The translations under genes and the position numbers were made by a program. This document shows, one piece after another, positions 9,491-17,297 of a stretch of DNA of 61,325 nucleotides. Source of the stretch: a virus (lineage: Duplodnaviria; Caudoviricetes); IMG/VR virus record IMGVR_UViG_3300032321_000377, positions 1-61,325 of that record. One strand, given 5' to 3'. Within the stretch, counting starts at the first letter, position 1; each line of letters starts with the position of its first letter. Under the pieces are notes generated by a model that saw only the letters and a list, made by a program, of their open reading frames with translations, was not told the origin of the DNA and did no database searches.

Positions 9491-10237
9491 ATGTCAAGTA
9501 CGTATTCAACTAGTTTAAAACTTACTCTAATCGGGGATGGGGATCAGGCTGGTATTTGGGGTCAAACCACCAATACTAACTTAGGTACGCTTTTAGAACA
9601 GGCAATTACTGGTGTCCAGTCTATTACAATGTCCGATTCTAATTACACTCTTAGTAACTTTAATGGTGTGTCAGACGAAGCTAGAAATGCAGTTATAGTA
9701 GTTACAGGTGCAAATAATGCAGTGCGGGACTTAATCCCACCAGTAGTTAGAAAACTGTATACCATCGTAAATAATACTTCTGGCGGATACGATATTCGAG
9801 TAATAGGTATTTCTGGTACAGGCGTAAATATCCCTAATGGGGCAACGTGCCTTGTTTATTGCAATGGGACAAACTTCTATTCTGGGCTATCAGGTGTTTC
9901 TGGAGACTTTACTCTTAGTGGTACTTTATTTGCCACTAATGTAACTGCTACTTTGTTTAGTGGTTCTGGGGCAAATTTAACTAGCTTACCAGCTGCTAAT
10001 CTTACAGGTACAGTAGCTACAGCTCGCCTTGCTTCTGGCACTGCTAATAATACTACATATTTACGTGGCGACCAGACTTGGGTTACAGCACCAATCCCAA
10101 CATCTATAGTAACAGCTAATTTTGCAATGTTTCAAGATGGTACTACTTTAGTATTTCAATACAACGGGGCTAATGTTGCTACATTAGATTCTTCTGGTAC
10201 GTTTACAGCAATTGCAGTGGCTGGCGGTTCAGTTTAA
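9491..10237 (+). CDS. Tail fibre/adaptor protein
   Basis: STYST.L.L...G.WG.TTN.N N-terminus. ARLASGTANNTTYLRGD module is shared with the 5021 fibre. Confidence 0.75.
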   Translation: MSSTYSTSLKLTLIGDGDQAGIWGQTTNTNLGTLLEQAITGVQSITMSDSNYTLSNFNGVSDEARNAVIVVTGANNAVRDLIPPVVRKLYTIVNNTSGGYDIRVIGISGTGVNIPNGATCLVYCNGTNFYSGLSGVSGDFTLSGTLFATNVTATLFSGSGANLTSLPAANLTGTVATARLASGTANNTTYLRGDQTWVTAPIPTSIVTANFAMFQDGTTLVFQYNGANVATLDSSGTFTAIAVAGGSV

Positions 10238-10253
10238 TTTTTAGGAGTAATAA

Positions 10254-10856
10254 ATGACAATTACAGCTAATGCAACAGCAATAACTTTTCCAGATTCAAC
10301 AACACAGACCACTTCAGGTGCGCCTTTTATTAAAGGACAAGTATTTACTGCAAATGGAACTTTTACTATTCCATCTGGAGTTACTGCACTTAAAGTAACA
10401 GTTGTTGGTGGCGGTGCTGGTGGTCAAAATAATGGAGCATCAGGTAATGGTGGCGGTGGTGGCGGTACTGCCATTTCGTATTTAACTGGTTTAACTCCTG
10501 GAAGCACTTTAACTGTAACTAGAGGTGCTGGCGGTGCTGCTGCTGCTAATGGTGTTAGTTCAACTGTTTCCTCTGGAACCCAATCAATATCTACAATAAC
10601 TGGTGGGGGTGGTGTTACTAATGGTGCTGGTGGTACAGCTACAGGCGGATCAATTAATCTTTCAGGAATGTCAGGCACTATTAATAATAATGTTACTGGT
10701 TTTGGTGGTATGTCTAGTATGGGTTTTGGTTGGCAAAAATCAAATGGTGATTTAGTTTATTCTGGCGTAAATTATGGATCAGGTGGAATAGGTTGTTCAT
10801 TTACCGATTACAATGCTCAAGCTGGCTCTAATGGAATTATAATTTTTGAATGGTAA
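10254..10856 (+). CDS. Glycine-rich tail fibre tip protein
   Basis: FTANGTFTIPSGVT.LKVTVVGGG..., ending G.IIFEW. Confidence 0.75.
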   Translation: MTITANATAITFPDSTTQTTSGAPFIKGQVFTANGTFTIPSGVTALKVTVVGGGAGGQNNGASGNGGGGGGTAISYLTGLTPGSTLTVTRGAGGAAAANGVSSTVSSGTQSISTITGGGGVTNGAGGTATGGSINLSGMSGTINNNVTGFGGMSSMGFGWQKSNGDLVYSGVNYGSGGIGCSFTDYNAQAGSNGIIIFEW

Positions 10857-10872
10857 TTGGAGAAAAATATTA

Positions 10873-11082
10873 ATGATTAAAACTATCCAAGACACAATTG
10901 AAGCAGGTGAATTTAAACCTCGCCATACTATTGAAATCTATTGCCCTAAGTGCAGTCGTGACGTAGACGAAACCGAACTAGCTATGAAAGTATGTAGCGA
11001 TTGCGGTGAGCCATTACATGACCCAGAACAGCACGTAGCTATCGTAGTAGCTAATTTGTCCTCTGGCGGCAAAACCCTTTAA
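10873..11082 (+). CDS. Zn-ribbon protein
   Basis: CPKC and CSDC. SD GGAG. Confidence 0.7.
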   Translation: MIKTIQDTIEAGEFKPRHTIEIYCPKCSRDVDETELAMKVCSDCGEPLHDPEQHVAIVVANLSSGGKTL

Positions 11083-11091
11083 GGAGTAGGC

Positions 11092-11295
11092 ATGTTCATT
11101 ATTCATTGGGTATTTGATAAGCTCGGCTATATACCAAAGATTGATATGCAGGTCGGCAAGGTTAATATTGAAACAGCTTGGCCTTTCCCAGCAGAAATAG
11201 ACAAGCCTAAAGCGCAGGTAAAAAAGAAAGCCGTTGTCAAAAAGGCTGTTGCTAAAAAAACAATTAAAAAGCCAGCTAAGATTAAATTAAAATGA
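11092..11295 (+). CDS. Hypothetical protein with Lys/Ala-rich tail
   Basis: SD AAGGAG. KKAV repeats. Confidence 0.7.
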   Translation: MFIIHWVFDKLGYIPKIDMQVGKVNIETAWPFPAEIDKPKAQVKKKAVVKKAVAKKTIKKPAKIKLK

Positions 11296-11477
11296 AATGC
11301 TACCAATCTAAAACTATGTGGTTTTCGGTTGCGCTGGTTATATTTGGTGCTTTGCTTGAATATCTACCCTATCTTCAGTCAGTCATTGACCCTAAATACT
11401 ATGGCGTTATTTTTGCTGTAGTAGGCATTATTGTGGCTGTTCTTAGGTATGTTACTAAAGAGCCTATTAACCCATGA
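11292..11477 (+). CDS. Putative holin (2 TM)
   Basis: Two hydrophobic helices; lies in the lysis cassette; coupled overlaps with neighbours. Confidence 0.6.
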   Translation: MKCYQSKTMWFSVALVIFGALLEYLPYLQSVIDPKYYGVIFAVVGIIVAVLRYVTKEPINP

Positions 11478-11848
11478 ATATCTATGCAATCTACGCATTG
11501 GTAGCCGTAACTTTGTTTTGCGGAGGGTTCGTCAATGGATGCTCGTACCAGCAAAGTAAAGCCGAAAAAACTATTCGGGATAAAGAACACCAATACCAAT
11601 CGGATGCAGATCAGATAAGGATACAAAAAGATGCTCAAATTAAAGTTATTAATAATCAGTTGGTCGATGCTGTTAGTGAGTTGCGTAAGCGTCCCAGTCG
11701 TACCACAGAAACCAGCAATGGAAAAGGTTGCAACGGAACCAGCCTTTATGCCGAGGATTCAGAATTTCTTATTAGGGAAGCTGCCAGAGCAGACGAAATA
11801 AGAGTGGCGCTTGACGCTTGCTACAAACAATATGAGGCAATCAAATGA
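11474..11848 (+). CDS. Rz: Inner-membrane spanin (Rz-like)
   Basis: N-terminal TM helix plus coiled coil. Contains an embedded lipoprotein ORF. Confidence 0.8.
   Translation: MNIYAIYALVAVTLFCGGFVNGCSYQQSKAEKTIRDKEHQYQSDADQIRIQKDAQIKVINNQLVDAVSELRKRPSRTTETSNGKGCNGTSLYAEDSEFLIREAARADEIRVALDACYKQYEAIK
11631..11801 (+). CDS. Rz1: Outer-membrane spanin lipoprotein (Rz1-like), embedded in +1 frame
   Basis: Hand translation MLKLKLLIISWSMLLVSCVSVPVVPQKP...EQTK* (56 aa): lipobox LVSC, Pro-rich, SD AAGGA. Not in the ORF track. Confidence 0.8.
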   Translation: MLKLKLLIISWSMLLVSCVSVPVVPQKPAMEKVATEPAFMPRIQNFLLGKLPEQTK

Positions 11849-12072
11849 ATAAACATGTGCAGCTAGGAACATGGGTAACTTTGGCAGTTACCATGACTTT
11901 ATGTATTGTTGTTATGGGTATGGTAGGGGCTATGTTAGTAGGTATGTTTGATGACAATGTTAACAACGATAAAATATTTGAGGCTATTACCCCAGCATTT
12001 CAAACCATTATTGGCGGATTTATTGGGTTAATTACAGGTATTAAATTAGGGCATGATGATAATGACGAATGA
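11845..12072 (+). CDS. Two-TM membrane protein (holin/antiholin candidate)
   Basis: Two hydrophobic segments; directly before the endolysin. Confidence 0.65.
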   Translation: MNKHVQLGTWVTLAVTMTLCIVVMGMVGAMLVGMFDDNVNNDKIFEAITPAFQTIIGGFIGLITGIKLGHDDNDE

Positions 12073-12649
12073 GCAATTACAAGCTCTTGGCATTGATGAA
12101 AAATGGTTTGAGCCACTAAACGAAACTTTTGCTAAGTACGATATTTCCACCCCTGTTCGTCAAGCATACTTTATTGGGCAGTGCGCTCATGAGTCTAATA
12201 ATTTTAAAATTCTTCAAGAAAACTTAAACTACAGCGCAGAAGGTCTAATGAAGACCTGGCCTAGCCGCTTTCCCACCAAAGAGATTGCTGACCAATATGC
12301 TCGTCAGCCAGCTAAAATAGCTGGTAAAGTTTACAACGGGCGCTTAGGTAATACTAGCGAAGAAGAGGCTTCTAAGTACTTAGGCAGAGGTCTTATCCAG
12401 TTAACTGGTAAGGAGAACTATGAACACTGCGGATCTAGTTTGGGTGTGGATCTTGTTGGGAATCCTGATTGGCTACTTGATCCTAAATATGCGGCTCTAA
12501 GTGCTGGCTGGTTTTGGAATAAGAAAGGGCTAAATGCCTTGGCAGATGCCCAAGATCTAGATACAATGACTAAACGTATTAATGGCGGGTTAATCGGACT
12601 GGATGACCGCAAAGCTAAAATTGCAAAAGCACTGTCTGTACTAGGGTAA
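12062..12649 (+). CDS. Endolysin, glycoside hydrolase family 19
   Basis: QCAHES, GRGLIQLTGKENY, SAGWFW and INGG..GL.DR motifs. Confidence 0.92.
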   Translation: MTNEQLQALGIDEKWFEPLNETFAKYDISTPVRQAYFIGQCAHESNNFKILQENLNYSAEGLMKTWPSRFPTKEIADQYARQPAKIAGKVYNGRLGNTSEEEASKYLGRGLIQLTGKENYEHCGSSLGVDLVGNPDWLLDPKYAALSAGWFWNKKGLNALADAQDLDTMTKRINGGLIGLDDRKAKIAKALSVLG

Positions 12650-12655
12650 ACCCGT

Positions 12656-14833
12656 ATGCCATTACAAAAACTACAATTTAGACCTGGACTTAACCGTGAA
12701 GGTACTGACTATTCTAACGAGGGTGGTTGGTACGACGGGGATAAAATTCGTTTTCGTTCTGGCTTTCCTGAAAAAATTGGTGGCTGGACACGTATGGCTA
12801 CTGCCCAGTTCTTAGGCGTTGCAAGGTCTTTGTGGAATTGGATTGCACTTAACGGTTCAAACTATCTTGGAGTCGGTACCAACCTTAAATACTATATTGA
12901 GTATGGGGGTGCTTACAACGACATTACTCCAGTAGTCTATACCTCTAGCCCACCCCTAGATAATTGTTTTGTTGTTACAAGTGGATCAAATTCTGTAGCA
13001 GTAATAGATGGGCAATATACCCCTAATATTGGCGACTACGTAACTTTTTCTGGCGCTAATACAGTAACGGGAACTAATATAACAGGCACTATCCTTAACC
13101 AAGAATATGCAGTAACTTCTTATGTTAATTCGGTAGCTTATACAATAGTTGTATCTGTCACTGCTAATGCAAGCAATACTGGAGGTGGAAATACTGTAGT
13201 AGCAGCTTACCAACAACCTATCGGTTTAAATACATATACTATAGGTACTGGGTGGGGTACTGGACCTTGGCCTGATAATGGTATAACTACTGTTTTAAAC
13301 GACCCATTTACAACTTCAAATGGAAGTAATGTAGTTACTGTAACCCACACTGCGCACAACTTATCTAATGGTAATGCGGTTATTTTTGCTAATGCAACAG
13401 CTACTGGGGGTATTTCAGCACCCCTTCTAAATACTTTATTTTACGTGACTGCAGTTAATGCTAATGCCTATACTGTAACTGTCCAAGTTAACGCTAATGC
13501 CTCAACTAGTGGTGGAGGTACTGTAACTGAATATGCGCAAACTGGAACTCGTGGCTGGGGAACTTCTTATAGTTCAGGTATTGGACAACAGCTTCGCCTT
13601 TGGTCTAATGATAACTATGGTCAAGATCTTGTAATTGCCCCTCGTGGTGGTAGTATTTTTTATTGGGAAGCAGCGTCTGGACTAGGCACTCGTGCCCAAC
13701 CTTTAAGCATACTAGCTACTGATAAAGGGTTTGATGGGGGCTATGTTCCAACTACTACCCTAGCAATAAGCGCTTCTTCTATTCAGCGTTTTATAGTTGC
13801 TTTTGGGGCTAATTCGTATGACCCAAATACTACAGCCACTACATTTGACCCAATGTTAGTACGTTGGTCAGATCAAGAAAACCCGTATCAATGGGTACCA
13901 GAAGTAACAAACCAAGCGGGTGAGTTCCGTTTATCTCATGGCTCCTACATTATGACTTATATTAATACCCGCCAAGAGGTCTTAGTATGGTCTGATTCTG
14001 CTATTTATTCAATGCAGTACCTAGGGCCTCCTTATGTTTGGGGTTTCCAAGTCCTCATGGACAACATTTCTATAATGTCCCCTAATTCTGTTATTACTGT
14101 TAATAACGTAACGTATTGGATGGGTACAGATAAGTTCTATATGTATTCTGGTCGGGTTGAAACTTTGCCTTGCGCCTTACGCCAGTATATTTTTAACGAC
14201 ATTAATAAAGACCAATCGTTCCAAATTTTTGCTGGTGGCAACGAAGGCTACAACGAAGTTTGGTGGTTCTATTGTTCTGGCACTTCAAATACGGTAGATA
14301 AATATGTTATATATAACTATCTTGACCGAGTCTGGTATTACGGCTCTATGGCAAGAACTGCTTGGCTTGATTCTGGTATTCGCCCATACCCTATGTCAGC
14401 AGATTACAACTCTCGCATTTTGTTTCAGGAATCAGCAGTTGATGATGTGTCTGGCGTAGAGCCTGTACCTATTAATGCTTATGTCCAGTCTTCTGACTTT
14501 GATATTGGCGATGGGCATAACTTTGGTTTTGTCTGGCGCATATTGCCTGACGTGAACTTTAACGGCTCTAATGTGAACAACCCAGAAGTAACTATGACGG
14601 TTAAACCTCGTAGGAACTCAGGCGCTCCATACGGACAGGCAAATAATCCCACTGTAGTCAGTGCCGATAACTATGGCGATTCTTCTGTGTATAACATCCA
14701 AGAGTTTACTGGTCAGGTTTATACCCGTCTGCGTGGTCGCCAACTAGCTTTCCGTATTGAATCTAGTGGATTAGGTACTGCTTGGCAGTTAGGTAGCCCT
14801 CGTATTGATATTAGAAATGATGGTAGGCGTTAA
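12656..14833 (+). CDS. Tail nozzle / DNA-stabilisation protein (P22 gp10 / T7 gp12-like position)
   Basis: 725-aa beta-propeller-like composition (VRWSDQE, EVWWFY, YNY...W). Located just before the ejection genes. Confidence 0.7.
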   Translation: MPLQKLQFRPGLNREGTDYSNEGGWYDGDKIRFRSGFPEKIGGWTRMATAQFLGVARSLWNWIALNGSNYLGVGTNLKYYIEYGGAYNDITPVVYTSSPPLDNCFVVTSGSNSVAVIDGQYTPNIGDYVTFSGANTVTGTNITGTILNQEYAVTSYVNSVAYTIVVSVTANASNTGGGNTVVAAYQQPIGLNTYTIGTGWGTGPWPDNGITTVLNDPFTTSNGSNVVTVTHTAHNLSNGNAVIFANATATGGISAPLLNTLFYVTAVNANAYTVTVQVNANASTSGGGTVTEYAQTGTRGWGTSYSSGIGQQLRLWSNDNYGQDLVIAPRGGSIFYWEAASGLGTRAQPLSILATDKGFDGGYVPTTTLAISASSIQRFIVAFGANSYDPNTTATTFDPMLVRWSDQENPYQWVPEVTNQAGEFRLSHGSYIMTYINTRQEVLVWSDSAIYSMQYLGPPYVWGFQVLMDNISIMSPNSVITVNNVTYWMGTDKFYMYSGRVETLPCALRQYIFNDINKDQSFQIFAGGNEGYNEVWWFYCSGTSNTVDKYVIYNYLDRVWYYGSMARTAWLDSGIRPYPMSADYNSRILFQESAVDDVSGVEPVPINAYVQSSDFDIGDGHNFGFVWRILPDVNFNGSNVNNPEVTMTVKPRRNSGAPYGQANNPTVVSADNYGDSSVYNIQEFTGQVYTRLRGRQLAFRIESSGLGTAWQLGSPRIDIRNDGRR

Positions 14834-15183
14834 TGGCTGTTAGCTTACGTCCTTCTAAAGCGCCCAATCTATTAGTTGCTCCAGTAGATTATGACCAGCG
14901 CTATCAAGACCAGCTTAATAATGCCTTGCGCCTTTACTTTAACCAGGTAGATACCTTTACAGGATTTATAGCCCAACCAATAGCTGGCACTGCATTAGAG
15001 CGTCCTGGGGTAAACCTTCATATTGGGCAAATGTATTTTGATACTACTGCTGGGATCCCTATTTGGTGGAATGGTACAAATTGGGTAGATGCAAGTGGCG
15101 TGGTAAATATACCAGCTATTTTCTCAGTAACAGGAGTAAGAGCCAGAGGAAGAATTGGAACTGTAACGGTTACAACTGTATAA
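14833..15183 (+). CDS. Small tail protein
   Basis: LRLYFNQ helix and G.MYFDTT..P.WWNGT.W motif. C-terminal TGV.A.G.IG.V unit. Confidence 0.7.
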   Translation: MAVSLRPSKAPNLLVAPVDYDQRYQDQLNNALRLYFNQVDTFTGFIAQPIAGTALERPGVNLHIGQMYFDTTAGIPIWWNGTNWVDASGVVNIPAIFSVTGVRARGRIGTVTVTTV

Positions 15184-15225
15184 CAACATGATAAACTTCA
15201 GTAAATACGTATTTAAGGAGGCCAT

Positions 15226-16884
15226 ATGGCTGGTGGTGGCGTAGGCGAGGCAATGTTAATCGGGGCCGCAGTGGGTGCTACTGCTGGTGGAGCTGGTGCA
15301 GCTATTCAAGGCGGAGACCCTCTTAAAGGCGCCCTAATGGGCGGTGCTATGGGTGCCGTTGGTGGTGGACTAGGTGGCGCTATGGGTGGCGGAGCCGCTG
15401 CTGGAGCCGAGGCTGGTACTGTAGGTGCTACTACAGGTAGTACAACGGGAGCCGCTGCTGGAACTACGGCTGGAACTACGGCTGCTGCCCCAACTAGCGT
15501 GGGCCTTGGAGCTACTGGAGCTACAAATACAGGTATTGGTTCTATTTATGCGGGTGCTCCGCAAGGTATTGCTGGTGCTACAAATATTGGCGCTGGTATT
15601 AGCGGTGCTGGTACAGGTGGTGGTATGGGTGTAACTGCTGGTGGCGGTGCTCCTGTATTAGGTGGTATTGCTGCTCCTACTACGGCTGGTTCTATTGGCG
15701 GTGCTGGAGCTGGTTCTATTGGTGGCGCTGGTGCTGGTGTAACGGGCGGCGGAGCGGGAGCAGGCACTAACATTTTTGGTCAAACACTTGGACAACCTGG
15801 AGTACTTACTAATACTCAACTAGGTATGACCGCAGGAACCGCTGGTTTATCTGGTGCTATGCAAGCTGAACGCAGCAAATATGGTACGCCTACTGTTGCT
15901 CCGTATGAAGGACCTCTAAGCAAACTTAAATACGACCCAAACAAATTCACAGCTTCCGCCCCAACGTATGCTCCAGCTAGCGTTTATCGCCCTACTTATG
16001 CGGCTGAAGGCGGCATTATGAAACTAGCTCAAGGCGGTATGCCTGGTCCAGTTCAGCAAATGAGCCAAAATATGCTAGGTGGTCAAGGTAATATGTACCC
16101 ACAAAGCCAGCAAGAACATACCAATTTTGCTACTCCAACTCAGATGCCAGCAAGCGCTGAAGTAATCCAATCTGATTATGATGCTAAAACTAACCCATAT
16201 ACTGGCGTAATGATGGCTTCCGGGGGTATTGCTCATTATGATGAGGGTGGTCGTGCTTCAGAACTTTTCCCTACAGGTATTGCTAATGTATTAAAAGCAA
16301 TTAAAAAAGGGAAAAAAATTGATCCAGGCCAAGTCGAATCTGCTCAATTACAAGGGTTAACCCCAAGCGCCTATAACGATATTTATGGGCAAGGTATTCA
16401 GGCTCAGCAACAAATGCAAAGTCAAGGCATGGCTAAAGGTGGTTCTGCGGGTAATAAAAACATGATTGCTATTGATGATTATGTAGCTGCAGTAAAAGGT
16501 GGAGATGAGGCCTCTGTTATGGCTAAAGCTCAAGCTGGTGACTATAACGCTATGATTGCGCTTAATAAAGTACAAAATACCCCTAATCAAAATTATGCAA
16601 TGGGCGGGCATTTAGGTGGCTATTCTGATGGTGGTCGTATGTTAAAAGGTCCTGGCGATGGTATGTCTGACAATATCCCAGCTACGATTGCTGGTAAGCA
16701 AGCTGCCCGTTTGGCTGATGGCGAGTTTGTCGTACCTGCTGATGTTGTTAGTCATCTTGGTAACGGCTCTACTGATGCAGGGGCAAAGCAACTCTACGCA
16801 ATGATGAACCGAGTACGAAAAGCCCGCACAGGTAATCCAAAACAGGGTAAACAGATTAAACCAGCTAAATACATGGCTGCTTAA
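15226..16884 (+). CDS. Ejection (pilot/internal virion) protein 1
   Basis: SD AAGGAGG. Gly/Ala-rich hydrophobic N-terminus, multiple xxGG motifs, C-terminal GPGDGMSD..GEFV domain. Confidence 0.7.
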   Translation: MAGGGVGEAMLIGAAVGATAGGAGAAIQGGDPLKGALMGGAMGAVGGGLGGAMGGGAAAGAEAGTVGATTGSTTGAAAGTTAGTTAAAPTSVGLGATGATNTGIGSIYAGAPQGIAGATNIGAGISGAGTGGGMGVTAGGGAPVLGGIAAPTTAGSIGGAGAGSIGGAGAGVTGGGAGAGTNIFGQTLGQPGVLTNTQLGMTAGTAGLSGAMQAERSKYGTPTVAPYEGPLSKLKYDPNKFTASAPTYAPASVYRPTYAAEGGIMKLAQGGMPGPVQQMSQNMLGGQGNMYPQSQQEHTNFATPTQMPASAEVIQSDYDAKTNPYTGVMMASGGIAHYDEGGRASELFPTGIANVLKAIKKGKKIDPGQVESAQLQGLTPSAYNDIYGQGIQAQQQMQSQGMAKGGSAGNKNMIAIDDYVAAVKGGDEASVMAKAQAGDYNAMIALNKVQNTPNQNYAMGGHLGGYSDGGRMLKGPGDGMSDNIPATIAGKQAARLADGEFVVPADVVSHLGNGSTDAGAKQLYAMMNRVRKARTGNPKQGKQIKPAKYMAA

Positions 16885-17297
16885 TGGAATTAAAGGTTCA
16901 ACCAGTAGGTGCGCAATATGTTCACCAGACATGGCCTTTAGTAGAAGACTTGTTTGTAAAAGCAAATAAGTATGATTCTGGAGACTATACGTTAGACCAG
17001 ATAAAGGGTTTACTGGCTAATGGTTCATGGGTATTATTAGTAGCAACGGATGAAGAAAATAAAGTTCATGGTGTGGCATCAGTAAGTTTTTACAATATGC
17101 CTAACTATCGTGTTGGATTTATTACTGCAATGGCTGGAAAAGCAATTGTGAATGAAGATGTATATGGACAGGTTTGTAGCTTCATAAAGGCGAATGGGGC
17201 TACACGAGTTCAGTGCGCTGCTAGGCATTCTGCAGCCAGACTATATAAGCAAGTTGGTATGGAAGAACGCCACATTATTATGGAAACTAAGCTATGA
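16884..17297 (+). CDS. GNAT-like protein in the ejection operon
   Basis: Alpha/beta pattern ending A.RLY...G. Position resembles T7 gp13-type genes. Confidence 0.5.
   Translation: MELKVQPVGAQYVHQTWPLVEDLFVKANKYDSGDYTLDQIKGLLANGSWVLLVATDEENKVHGVASVSFYNMPNYRVGFITAMAGKAIVNEDVYGQVCSFIKANGATRVQCAARHSAARLYKQVGMEERHIIMETKL

Noticed and set aside
5021-10856. Diversity-generating retroelement or invertible fibre cassette
   Set aside because: No reverse transcriptase, invertase or template/variable repeat pair was recognised.
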